The translations under genes and the position numbers were made by a program. The notes under the pieces were generated by a model, which did no database searches, was not told the origin of the DNA, and saw only the letters and a list, made by a program, of their open reading frames with translations. This document shows positions 1 to 8,466 of a stretch of 33,732 nucleotides of DNA, piece by piece; positions within the stretch are counted from its first letter, which is position 1; each line of letters starts with the position of its first letter. Source of the DNA: an uncultured virus (IMG/VR IMGVR_UViG_2061766007_001539) (Duplodnaviria; Heunggongvirae; Uroviricota; Caudoviricetes); the IMG/VR virus record IMGVR_UViG_2061766007_001539; one strand, given 5' to 3'.

Positions 1-254
1 TAATAGCGTCTGCCGGATATGCCGTCGCCGGAATATCCGTCACGATACATTCTGCCTGACATGCCGTCACGGTACATCCTTCCGGAATATCCGTCACGAC
101 TCTCAGCACGTTCCATAGCACTGACAGTATCAATGCACTTAATAGCATGTGCAAGCTTGTCAACGAGATCAAGACTCTGCTCGTTCATCGGCTTGTCTGC
201 GAATTTTTCAAGTTCGTCCATGAGATTGTCACGGAGCATCATCATCTTGTGCAT
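1..254 (-). CDS. Hypothetical phage protein with RDG(Y/M)SGRMY repeats; runs off the window edge
   Basis: Not in the ORF track. Translated by hand: MHKMMMLRDNLMDELEKF...RDGYSGRMYRDGMSGRMYRDGYSG, with RBS GAAAGGAG. The fragment at 7539-7712 looks like the C-terminus of this gene family. Confidence 0.8.
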   Translation of the reverse strand, partial: MHKMMMLRDNLMDELEKFADKPMNEQSLDLVDKLAHAIKCIDTVSAMERAESRDGYSGRMYRDGMSGRMYRDGYSGDGISGRRY

Positions 255-269
255 GGTTTATCTCCTTTC

Positions 270-755
270 TCAGAACAGCACTCTTCTGACGCCTAAATAA
301 TTGATCGTCAGATTAGCGTTCTGGACGTCTATTGCCTGTGTGCTTGTATTTCTTACGGAAACACTCTCGCATCCGCACAGGCTCGGTACAGCGATAAAGA
401 TCTCAGCGCCGACATTCTGAAAGTCGCCGACGGCCGCCGGAGTCACGATCATTGTGCTGCTCGGATCCGGTTCACCGTCTACTGATATGCTGAGCTCTAT
501 CGGATCAACAGTGCCGCCTTCTGCGATCGCAATGTTCGCATGGAAGGTCACGTTGTAGATTGTCTCGTACAGGTTTCTGCAGCCACATCCACAGCCGCAC
601 GCGTTAGCGTTCGCGTTGTTTGCAAGACGGAATATGCCGGATTCATCACGATGGAAAATCAAGCCCTGTCTGCAAGGAACAGGCGATTCAGTGAAAACAA
701 CTGGTGCATTCACTTCGACTGTCTGAACTGCATTAGCTGAATATTCGGCAGCCAT
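270..755 (-). CDS. Conserved Firmicutes phage protein, Cys-containing, probably beta-rich (possible BclA-C/TNF-like fold)
   Basis: ORF; likely start MAAEY at 755 after GGAGGTG; contains CGCGCGC and CGC. The fold is inferred only. Confidence 0.75.
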   Translation of the reverse strand: MAAEYSANAVQTVEVNAPVVFTESPVPCRQGLIFHRDESGIFRLANNANANACGCGCGCRNLYETIYNVTFHANIAIAEGGTVDPIELSISVDGEPDPSSTMIVTPAAVGDFQNVGAEIFIAVPSLCGCESVSVRNTSTQAIDVQNANLTINYLGVRRVLF

Positions 756-769
756 AATGCCACCTCCCA

Positions 770-1671
770 TCAGTTAAAGCCGTTGCATCCACATCCGGCT
801 ACATTCTGCGCGCATGTGAATATCGGAGAATTGCCGTATACAGGCTGTGACGGAATCGGACAGCTGCGGAGTTCTGCAACGAGCTGATTTGCTGTTGTAG
901 CCTGTGACGCTCTTAATTCTGCTGTCTGAGCCACCTGTGATGCCTGCATGTTAGCGAACTGGAGCTGAGATCTGAGATTGTCATTGTCTCTCTTGTAGCC
1001 GTCGAGTTCGAGCTGGCAGAGCTTGTCGAGGATTGCCTGTGTGTTTGCTGTTGAGTTAGCTCTTGTTGCGCATGCTTCCTGTGCGAGCGTGAACTTAACG
1101 TCCTGCGTTGCAGCACGATTATCACAACAACACTGAGCAAGCTGAGCCTGAAGTGCGGTCATGCCCTGAGTCGATGCAGTCTGAGCCGCAAAACTTCTCT
1201 CGAGATCTGCGATCTGGTTAGTGTACATCTGCTGTGTAAGCGCATTCTGAGCGCTGTTTACAGATGCTGTCACGCCGTTTACAGACGTATTCACACTGTT
1301 AAAACCATTGCAGAGCGCCATCTGGATATCACCTGTCGCACCGCACATCTGAGTGCTTAAGCCGCTGATGCCGTCACGTACTGATGTGATGCTGTCAGAA
1401 AGCTGTGCGTTCTGGAATCCGTTTGCAATGTTTGCATTGATCCCGTTCTGACCGTTCCAGAGCCATGGAAACTCTGAGTTACCGTAGCCGCCGAAACCAC
1501 CGCCGAAACCGCCGTTACCAAACATTCCGAAAAGTAAGAACAGAATGATAAGACTGCCCCAGTCGGATCCGAGACCCATACCGCCAATGCCGCCGTTGTT
1601 ATACGGGTAAGCATAGCCGCTGGTCGGTGATACGAGCATTGTTGTGTTCATGCCTTCGTTTTCGCCAAGTG
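770..1671 (-). CDS. Gly-rich/hydrophobic N-terminus, coiled-coil, Cys-rich protein; true start probably inside the gap
   Basis: 293-aa ORF whose frame stays open upstream (LGENEG) into the N-run; LIILFLLFGMF segment, QCCCD, C-terminal GCGCN. Confidence 0.8.
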
Positions 1672-1786
1672 NNNNNNNNNNNNNNNNNNNNNNNNNNNNN
1701 NNNNNNNNNNNNNNNNNNNNNNNNNNNNNNNNNNNNNNNNNNNNNNNNNNNAGTCTAAAAGTTCGTTAAAAACAGAGAAGTTTCGG

Positions 1787-1952
1787 TTATCTTTTAAAAC
1801 ATCCTTGTATCATCTGCATAAACTGAGGGTTAGTCTGAAGCTGCCTTGCCTGCATTGCCGCATTGTTGTACTGCTGCTGTGAAATACCACCGGAATTCAT
1901 CATATACTGTATCATATCCGCCGGTGATCTCATAGCGTTCTGTGGCGGCATC
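1787..1952 (-). CDS. Partial variant copy of the Gln/Met-rich small protein
   Basis: Near-identical to the 3' part of 2069-2314 with scattered substitutions; bounded by gaps. Confidence 0.65.
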
Positions 1953-2068
1953 NNNNNNNNNNATTATTACTCCTTTTGTAGTAAGATTTATATAACCGTC
2001 GCGCGCCGGTTGTATACTGCTAAGTTGTTAGTAGGTCTAAAAGTTCGTTAAAAACAGAGAAGTTTCGG

Positions 2069-2314
2069 TTATCTTTTAAAATATCCTTGTATCATTTGCA
2101 TAAACTGTGGGTTAGTCTGAAGCTGCCTTGCCTGCATTGCCGCATTATTATACTGCTGCTGTGAAATGCCGCCGGAATTCATCATGTACTGTATCATGTC
2201 AGCCGGTGATCTCATAGCGTTCTGCGGCGGCATCTGCATTCCTCTTGACTGAAAAAAGGCGGCCGGATTCTGCATAAACTGCATGAATGCCTGCATATTA
2301 TTCGGGTTCATCAT
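2069..2314 (-). CDS. Gln/Met-rich small protein (81 aa)
   Basis: ORF with RBS GAGGAG; variant copies at 1787-1952 and 10349-10576 differ mostly at synonymous sites. Confidence 0.85.
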   Translation of the reverse strand: MMNPNNMQAFMQFMQNPAAFFQSRGMQMPPQNAMRSPADMIQYMMNSGGISQQQYNNAAMQARQLQTNPQFMQMIQGYFKR

Positions 2315-2375
2315 AGCTTACTCCTCCTCTTTAAGTGACTCGATCCAGTCGCGCATCTTTTTGAANNNNNNNNNN

Positions 2376-2531
2376 GCAACGGTTCAATTCATCAATTTTT
2401 CTCGATAACTCACTGTAGGATTCATTTGAACGTTCTTCCTGTTCCTCTTCCTGCGGTGAGTTTTTCCTTAAACCCCGTCCCACAATCACTGCAATGTACA
2501 TCATCAACGCTATGCAAAGAAACTGACTCAT
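2376..2531 (-). CDS. Small membrane-anchored hypothetical protein, truncated by gap
   Basis: MSQFLCIALMMYIAVIVG...; its ATG overlaps the upstream stop (ATGA). Confidence 0.55.
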
Positions 2532-2731
2532 GGAGAAGCCGCCGCCTTCCATTCGTTGATGATCGTTTCTGAGTCCGCTCGGATCTTGTCAAACTTCGGT
2601 CTCGGAAGACCCCTAAGTGCAGAACTCATGTCATTGGCGCTGACAGTGTAACCGAGATCACGCTTGTTGATTTCAAAAACTAAATCAATCTGCTTCTTGT
2701 TTAAATTAAATAACTCAGCTCTAATATTCAT
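2528..2731 (-). CDS. Cro-like HTH regulator
   Basis: Small ORF divergent from the repressor; HTH-like segment KQIDLV...VSANDMSSALRG; RBS GGAG before ATG 2731. Confidence 0.65.
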   Translation of the reverse strand: MNIRAELFNLNKKQIDLVFEINKRDLGYTVSANDMSSALRGLPRPKFDKIRADSETIINEWKAAASP

Positions 2732-2812
2732 AAAATCACACTCCACTTATGTACAGATACCCAACTTTTTTAGTTTATATTATTGCATCTGACAGAAATT
2801 TTACCTCCCATC

Positions 2813-2841
2813 TTGTAAAAATTCAGTTATAATGTTATAAT
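2813..2841 (+). promoter_or_regulatory. Sigma-A type promoter for the repressor operon
   Basis: TTGTAA-N17-TATAAT with extended -10 TG. Confidence 0.65.
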
Positions 2842-2881
2842 CATAATGTGTGTAATGATTATTACTTATCGCTGTAAGTCA

Positions 2882-2910
2882 ATTATAGCGTACAAATCTT
2901 AGAATTACAA
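2882..2910 (-). promoter_or_regulatory. Sigma-A type promoter for the cro-like operon
   Basis: Minus strand TTGTAA-N17-TATAAT. Confidence 0.65.
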
Positions 2911-2979
2911 GTAGTTTTTCTTAATTTCTTCTAAGAAATAATCAGATTTGTAAGAGTTGTCTAAAAGGAGTTTGCTTAA

Positions 2980-3345
2980 ATGTGCATAATAGACAGAATT
3001 AATGGACTTTTAAAGGAGCGCCAAATAAGCGCTGCTAAGATGATGAGAGATCTTAATCTGTCATCAGGATTGTATTCACAATGGAAAAGCCTTGGGCGTA
3101 TTCCTTCAACGGATAAGATTGAAATGATTGCGGCCTATCTTAATGTTTCAGCCGATTATCTTATTTCCGGAAACACGGAAAACAATGCGCTTGCTATAAA
3201 TAACAATCATAGCGCGTCAATGGTGATCACAGACAGAAATGAACGTCTGCTTATCCAGAATTACAGGGCCTTGCATTACGCAAGACAAATTCAGGTGCTA
3301 TCCTCGCTTATCACTGAGGTAGAAAACAACAACAATGATTCTTAA
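2980..3345 (+). CDS. XRE-family HTH repressor (cI-like)
   Basis: IDRINGLLKERQISAAKMMRDLNLSSGLYSQWK...PSTDKIEMIAAYLNVSADYLISG is a typical XRE HTH; RBS AAGGAG. Confidence 0.9.
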   Translation: MCIIDRINGLLKERQISAAKMMRDLNLSSGLYSQWKSLGRIPSTDKIEMIAAYLNVSADYLISGNTENNALAINNNHSASMVITDRNERLLIQNYRALHYARQIQVLSSLITEVENNNNDS

Positions 3346-3417
3346 TTATCTAAGATTTCGTTATGAAACGAAAACGATAACTAAGCTATAAATATTACTT
3401 ACGAGAAAGGGATTATT

Positions 3418-4212
3418 ATGAAAAAAGAATTCAGAAAACTTATGACTGCTGCTGTCTGTTTTTGCCTGCTCACTGCCGGATGTGGAAGCCAGCCGGAGAC
3501 AGTTGAAACCGAGCCGGAACAGACAGCTTCCGTCACCACTACAGCAAGTGAAACGGAATCTATTGAAACCACGCAGGTAACCACTTCTGTAACCGAAACG
3601 GAAACTACCGTAACTGAAAAAGTCACGACTGTAACTGTATCGGAAACTCAGGAGTCTGAAACTGAAACCACCGTTCCGGTTACAGAAACGGAAACGGCGA
3701 AAGAAATATCTGAGGATGAAGTAAGAGCGCTGACAAATCCGCTCACCAAAGAAGCGGCCGCTCCGTTCCAGGTCAAAGTTTCAAACGTATGGAAAGTCTA
3801 CTGGATCAACGTTTCACGCAGTGATCTTTATGGCATGAAGCCGGATGATTTCAAATTCTTTGATGATTATATCAACGAACACTTTGAAGCTGACGCCTGC
3901 GAGTTTTACGTAGTTGTCACCGACGTTCCGGATCTCTGCTTTCAGTTCACAGTAACTAAGAGCGAATATGTGAGAAGCACTTGTGAAGCATTCGCTGGAA
4001 TTACAAAGACTGATTCAAGTCAGCATTATCCTTACTGCGGAACTGGTTCATGTGCCATCAGGTACAATGATCCTGAACAGTTTGAAATGCAGGCGTTGAC
4101 CAAGGACAAATATGGAATTGAACAGTACGATGATAGTAAGATCTATCATTTTTCAGAATTTGGTGATGATATGTTCGCACAGCTTGATGAATTACAGCGA
4201 AACGCTCGTTAA
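3418..4212 (+). CDS. Lipoprotein with Thr/Glu-rich linker (lysogeny module)
   Basis: Basic N-terminus, hydrophobic stretch, lipobox LTAGC, TETET-type low-complexity region. Confidence 0.8.
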   Translation: MKKEFRKLMTAAVCFCLLTAGCGSQPETVETEPEQTASVTTTASETESIETTQVTTSVTETETTVTEKVTTVTVSETQESETETTVPVTETETAKEISEDEVRALTNPLTKEAAAPFQVKVSNVWKVYWINVSRSDLYGMKPDDFKFFDDYINEHFEADACEFYVVVTDVPDLCFQFTVTKSEYVRSTCEAFAGITKTDSSQHYPYCGTGSCAIRYNDPEQFEMQALTKDKYGIEQYDDSKIYHFSEFGDDMFAQLDELQRNAR

Positions 4213-4434
4213 ATATAATCAAATACCACGAAACACCCATCAAATATAATAAAATATCAACAGGACAGGCACTAAACTGGAATGCATGGTCAGTTTAAAC
4301 GTGCGGAGAGTAGTACGATAGCCTGTCCTGCTGACTGTTATCAGTATAACATACCGTTTTGGTCGGTTTAAAGAGATAAAAAGGTCAAGTTTAGGTCATA
4401 AAAAGGTCGAAAACAGGATGAAAAGAGGTAATAT

Positions 4435-5763
4435 ATGTTGCAGAAAAGAATATCCGAGATAATACGTAACCTGAAACGTGTCANNNNNNNNNNTGAACCT
4501 CAGCGTTTATCACGTGGTGATCTCGAAGATATCGGCCGATTATCCAAGCTGTTAAGATACACACACACTTACGTCTTAACACTGCAATACAGCTATGATC
4601 TCAGTGACGAGCGCGACCGTGATTATTTCGAGCGAGAATTGAAGCGAGGCAATGAATACCTGGAATATTCAAAGCGCATCATGGCAAACGGCAAAGCGCT
4701 TGCTGCCGAAAACGGAAACTATCTCGGCAGTCATGCGCCGTTTGGATATAAGCGAGTTAAATACAAGGAAGGAAAGAGACACGTCAGCACGCTGGAGATC
4801 ATACCAGAAGAAGCAGAGGTCATTCGTGAGATATACCGCATGTATGCGGATGGTATTGGATCTGTGCGTATTTGCAAGCACCTGAATCAATACTGCAAGC
4901 CACAACGCGGCAAACTGTGGGCGAGGTCGTCGATATATCATATTTTGAAAAATCCGCTTTACCTCGGCAAGATAAAGTGGCAGCACAGAAAAATCATACA
5001 GACTGTCGAGGACGGCGAGATCGTCAAGCACTCTCATGAACGTAAGGATTATCCTGTTTACGAAGGAAAGCATGAGGCGATCGTCTCGCAGGAGCTGTGG
5101 GATGCGGTAAGAGCCCGTCAGGAAGCGCACGACATTCCGAAGGTGACAGCTTCCACCAAGTTACGAAACCCGCTCGCGGGAATAGTAAGCTGTGAGTGCG
5201 GATCCACGATGATGATGTGGACTGATCCTAAAGGCAGTGCACGTGCCCGTCTTGTATGTGCGAAAAAAATGTCCTGCAATTCCGCGTCATGTACATATGA
5301 CGAAATGCAGGACATAGTCGCCGAGATCCTCCGCCAGTCGATCGCTGACTTCGAGGTGAAAATCGAATCCGGCGCTGACGACCGTATTGCCGAAAAAGAA
5401 GAGTTCAAGGACCAGCTCCGCCGCCGCCTTGCCGCTCTTGATGATAAGGAAACTTCGATCTGGGAGAAGTATGCCGAAGGAATGCCGAAACGCGTGTTCG
5501 ATTCGCTTATTTCAGAACTGACAGAAGAGCGCTCCCGTATTGAGACCACACTGGAGGAGGCAGAAAAGGAAAAGCCGATCAGATATTCCGACCTCGTTAC
5601 CACGTTTCATGCCGCTCTGGAGTGTCTTGATTCTGATTTGACCGCAGATAAGAAAAATGCACTCCTTAAGAAGTGCATTCGTAAAATTATTTATCATCGG
5701 CCGCAGGGTAAGAGCAAGCACGACATGAAACCCATAAATGTGGACGTTGAGCTTAATATCTGA
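4435..5763 (+). CDS. Large serine recombinase (integrase); N-terminal catalytic part lost in gap 4484-4493
   Basis: QRLSRGD, APFGY, ILKNPLYLG, GKHEAIVSQELW, zinc-ribbon LAGIVSCECG, coiled coil. The 16 aa before the gap may belong to another ORF. Confidence 0.92.
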   Translation: MLQKRISEIIRNLKRVXXXXEPQRLSRGDLEDIGRLSKLLRYTHTYVLTLQYSYDLSDERDRDYFERELKRGNEYLEYSKRIMANGKALAAENGNYLGSHAPFGYKRVKYKEGKRHVSTLEIIPEEAEVIREIYRMYADGIGSVRICKHLNQYCKPQRGKLWARSSIYHILKNPLYLGKIKWQHRKIIQTVEDGEIVKHSHERKDYPVYEGKHEAIVSQELWDAVRARQEAHDIPKVTASTKLRNPLAGIVSCECGSTMMMWTDPKGSARARLVCAKKMSCNSASCTYDEMQDIVAEILRQSIADFEVKIESGADDRIAEKEEFKDQLRRRLAALDDKETSIWEKYAEGMPKRVFDSLISELTEERSRIETTLEEAEKEKPIRYSDLVTTFHAALECLDSDLTADKKNALLKKCIRKIIYHRPQGKSKHDMKPINVDVELNI

Positions 5764-5768
5764 GTATT

Positions 5769-5810
5769 ACTATCATGTACATACTGTTTGGTGTGTATGT
5801 ACATGTTGGT
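5769..5810. other. Candidate attP (inverted repeat just after the recombinase)
   Basis: CATGTACATAC-N10-GTATGTACATG (5774-5805) with imperfect extension and no U-tract. Confidence 0.55.
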
Positions 5811-5851
5811 TATTGCCGGAATCACGATATCTTTTCCGTGCTCCGAAGTAA

Positions 5852-5869
5852 ACAAAAATCAAATTTGGT
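5852..5869. repeat. 18-bp quasi-palindromic boundary motif, copy 1
   Basis: Minus strand ACCAAATTTGATTTTTGT, directly after a TGA stop. Confidence 0.7.
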
Positions 5870-6046
5870 TCACCGCATCTTCTTGTTGAGCCAGTCAGTC
5901 TTAATGGTTGACTTTTCCTTGTAATCGTCGATACAATCATCCATGTACTGAGGTAGTATACCGTTGATTGCGGTTACAGCTTCAAGAAGTTCGCCTTGAC
6001 GCTCCGTTCTTTTGTTAAGGTCTTCACGTATTTTCTTATCGTCCAT
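5870..6046 (-). CDS. 58-aa hypothetical protein
   Basis: Not in the track: MDDKKIREDLNKRTERQGELL...WLNKKMR*, RBS GAGGTG. Confidence 0.7.
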   Translation of the reverse strand: MDDKKIREDLNKRTERQGELLEAVTAINGILPQYMDDCIDDYKEKSTIKTDWLNKKMR

Positions 6047-6063
6047 ACTGCACCTCTTTCTCT

Positions 6064-6081
6064 ACAAAATTAAATTTTGGT
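6064..6081. repeat. 18-bp quasi-palindromic boundary motif, copy 2
   Basis: Minus strand ACCAAAATTTAATTTTGT, just before an RBS. Confidence 0.7.
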
Positions 6082-6129
6082 ACGGACATTAACGTCCTTA
6101 CCTAAGTATATAAAGCAAAATAATATAGG

Positions 6130-6162
6130 AAAGGCCCCTGAACCGCTCTATCAGGGGCCTTT
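6130..6162 (-). terminator. Intrinsic terminator after the endolysin
   Basis: AAAGGCCCCTGA...TCAGGGGCCTTT stem. Confidence 0.65.
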
Positions 6163-6220
6163 CGCTGGCTTTGAAAAATCTCACAGGTTTATTATATCTG
6201 TTTTAATATTAAATGTCAAG

Positions 6221-6997
6221 CTATTTTCTTTTTCTGGCTATTGGTTCACACTTCCAGAGTGCAGTTAATGTAAGCACACCGGCAATACCGTCCGGATCAA
6301 GAGCATGATCGCGTTGGTACTTCATCACGGCATTTTCCGTGTCGGGTCCGAATTCGCCGTCATCACCGCACTGGCCGACAGAATATCCATCGGCAAAGAG
6401 TAAGCGCTGTAAGGTCTTCACGTCGCCGCCGGTCATGCCTTTGCGGAGCTGTCGCACCTTAAGAACGACCTCTTTTTCCACCGGCTTTTCATCCGGCTTC
6501 TTTTCAGGCTCTTTCTCAGGCTTGTTATCATCTTCTGCCGGTCTTTCGTTGAGATCACCGATATACCGCATCCAGTATGCCACTAACATGAGGCCGTTGC
6601 TGTCTTTAGCTTCCAGATTGATAAACTGTTGTGTTACGTAATGCGAGCTTGAACCGTTCCCGTTTGCATACGTTATCTGTAATGTGTCTTCATCAAACGC
6701 GAGAACTATTCCGACGTGGTCTAATGGGCGCTCTTCCGACATATTGTGATCCCAGTCAAAAAACAGAATGTCTCCCGGCTCAGGGAAACCAATCGGTTCA
6801 TACCAGTTGATATTCTGACTCATTGCCCGCTGCATCATAGTACAGGACGTTGACGTTACACCTTCGCCGACTCCGGCACGATTGAGAACACTTGAAACCC
6901 ACGCAGCGCACCACGCATAATCTCCGGCACAGCCGACTTCATCACGGCTCTTTCCAATATCGCTTTTTGCAATTCTAACTATTTCTTCCCATTTCAC
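6221..6997 (-). CDS. Endolysin: CHAP/NlpC-type amidase plus C-terminal peptidoglycan-binding domain
   Basis: YAWCAAWVS and DHVGIV catalytic Cys/His; KPE linker; LRKGMTGGDVKTLQ...DGEFGPDTENAV...DGIAG; next to the holin. Confidence 0.9.
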   Translation of the reverse strand: MKWEEIVRIAKSDIGKSRDEVGCAGDYAWCAAWVSSVLNRAGVGEGVTSTSCTMMQRAMSQNINWYEPIGFPEPGDILFFDWDHNMSEERPLDHVGIVLAFDEDTLQITYANGNGSSSHYVTQQFINLEAKDSNGLMLVAYWMRYIGDLNERPAEDDNKPEKEPEKKPDEKPVEKEVVLKVRQLRKGMTGGDVKTLQRLLFADGYSVGQCGDDGEFGPDTENAVMKYQRDHALDPDGIAGVLTLTALWKCEPIARKRK

Positions 6998-6999
6998 AA

Positions 7000-7416
7000 T
7001 TATTCCCCCTTGTTATCCTCATTGTTTTTTCCTTTTTCTGTGAGTTGTTTCAATGCCTTCTTAAGAACATCCGGCACCGGAATGCCGATCAACACAGCGT
7101 TTTCTAATATGCTGATGCCTTCATTTCCAATATAAAACATCAAGGCCGCCGACATGATAATCGACTTGTCACCGATCACATGAACGTCTATGATATGACA
7201 GATGCTTACAAGACACAGGATCATGATCTTTTTTGCGATCCCCTTGAAACCCGTTGAACTGGATAGCTGCTTCATATAGATCGCCTTGATCCATCCTGTC
7301 ACATAGTCAACCGCCATCATAAAGATAAGCGCCTTAAATAATCCCGTCATCTCGCCGAAACAGAAGCCGATAACCGCTCCTGCGGCAAGAGAAATGCCAT
7401 GCACTGTGTCTTTCAT
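7000..7416 (-). CDS. Phage holin (holin_4_1-like family)
   Basis: VDYVTG, LSSSTGFKGIAKK, NEGISILEN, GIPVP motifs; likely start MKDTV at 7416. Confidence 0.9.
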   Translation of the reverse strand: MKDTVHGISLAAGAVIGFCFGEMTGLFKALIFMMAVDYVTGWIKAIYMKQLSSSTGFKGIAKKIMILCLVSICHIIDVHVIGDKSIIMSAALMFYIGNEGISILENAVLIGIPVPDVLKKALKQLTEKGKNNEDNKGE

Positions 7417-7486
7417 CGTCTCACCGCCTTTCATAAGTTCATGATAACCCATAAAACAAGTATCATTCAACCCCATAATCAGCACA

Positions 7487-7517
7487 AAACCCCTGATCCG
7501 AACGCGGTCAGGGGTTT
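7487..7517 (-). terminator. Intrinsic terminator
   Basis: AAACCCCTGA...TCAGGGGTTT stem downstream of the 7539 stop. Confidence 0.6.
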
Positions 7518-7538
7518 CGTTATGTTATTGATTCAGGA

Positions 7539-7712
7539 TCATTCCTGACCGAGTGCGTTGAGTGCTTTCTGAATTGCGTGCTGCGCTTCCGGAGAAACGT
7601 TATTCATCATGCCTTCCATTTCACCCATAAGTCGGTCTTTCGCTTCGTCGTGACTGTATCCATCGGCATATCTGCCCATGCTGTCACGTCTTCTCATGCC
7701 GCTCATACCGCC
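7539..7712 (-). CDS. C-terminal fragment of the RDG-repeat protein family (cf. 1-254)
   Basis: GGMSGMRRRDSMGRYADGYS... is unrelated to the DUF4406 part across the gap. Confidence 0.65.
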   Translation of the reverse strand, partial: GGMSGMRRRDSMGRYADGYSHDEAKDRLMGEMEGMMNNVSPEAQHAIQKALNALGQE

Positions 7713-7722
7713 NNNNNNNNNN

Positions 7723-7982
7723 ATCTGATGTTCAAGCTTACAGCCTCTTGCTTCTTCCCAACCTTCCATGAAGTAAACTGCATCTACAGTTGACATCGCT
7801 TCGATAGCCTTTGAGAGGTACCATACAGGCTTGTTCTGTGCTTCTTCAGGTGAATCTGCAAAAACAGTGTCAATTGTTTCGTAACCTTTTTCAAGGAGTT
7901 CCTTTACTACTGACTCTCTTTCTGCGTTAATCTGTTCTTTTGTCTTACCTTTCATTGGCTGTGAAATCATTACTTTCTTCAT
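7723..7982 (-). CDS. DUF4406-like protein (nucleoside deoxyribosyltransferase-like fold), truncated by gap
   Basis: MISQPMKG...DAVYFMEGWEEARGCKLEH. Confidence 0.75.
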
Positions 7983-8002
7983 TATTTTCTTTTCCTTTCT
8001 CT

Positions 8003-8020
8003 ACAAAAATCAAATTCGGT
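8003..8020. repeat. 18-bp quasi-palindromic boundary motif, copy 3
   Basis: Minus strand ACCGAATTTGATTTTTGT between a stop and an RBS. Confidence 0.7.
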
Positions 8021-8028
8021 TCGGCTGA

Positions 8029-8274
8029 TTATAAATCAATGCCTTCAATCTCAGCACGAAGGTCTAAGCACTTAATGTATTCCCACATATATGCTTCCTG
8101 CTTTTTGAGCAGTTCAAGACTACACTTAGGTTCAAATGTGAGTGTACCAGCTTCGTATTTTGTAACCATTGTGTGAAGCTTGTCGAAACGGATCTTTAAC
8201 TGATAATACTCAGCCTTGAATCGTTCCTTGAAATCTTCACTGTTCATCATTTCAATTGTGTCTTTTAATTCCAT
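8029..8274 (-). CDS. Small phage protein (crAss001_48-like family)
   Basis: KERFKAEYYQLKIR...LLKKQ...RAEIEGIDL pattern recognised by eye; RBS AAAGGA. Confidence 0.7.
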   Translation of the reverse strand: MELKDTIEMMNSEDFKERFKAEYYQLKIRFDKLHTMVTKYEAGTLTFEPKCSLELLKKQEAYMWEYIKCLDLRAEIEGIDL

Positions 8275-8296
8275 TTTTCTTTTCCTTTCTTAACAG

Positions 8297-8314
8297 ACCA
8301 AATTAAATTTTGGT
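8297..8314. repeat. 18-bp quasi-palindromic boundary motif, copy 4
   Basis: Minus strand ACCAAAATTTAATTTGGT, 5 nt after a stop. Confidence 0.7.
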
Positions 8315-8319
8315 ACGGC

Positions 8320-8466
8320 TTATTCAGCTCTTAAAGCTTCCTCAATATCTGCTATGTCAACAGCTGTCAGTTTCGGATAGCTTCTCGCAACCTGTTCAAA
8401 AGTTTCACCATTTAACATTCTTCTTTTAAAGACTGACACCATGAGTTTTAACTTTGCATTACTCAT
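8320..8466 (-). CDS. 48-aa hypothetical protein
   Basis: Not in the track: MSNAKLKLMVSVFKRRMLNGETFEQVARSYPKLTAVDIADIEEALRAE*; RBS GGAGGTG; ATGA overlap with the upstream gene. Confidence 0.75.
   Translation of the reverse strand: MSNAKLKLMVSVFKRRMLNGETFEQVARSYPKLTAVDIADIEEALRAE

Noticed and set aside
10..110. CRISPR-like or iteron repeats
   Set aside because: A 27-bp period encoding peptide repeats within a CDS; no unique spacers and no cas genes.
19..300. Plus-strand 93-aa ORF and similar shadow ORFs (e.g. 4669-5130, 5118-5603, 6339-6641, 11101-11523, 26540-27070)
   Set aside because: Antisense to better-supported genes, with no recognisable motifs.
7539..7982. 147-aa fusion protein
   Set aside because: Two unrelated fragments joined through Ns.
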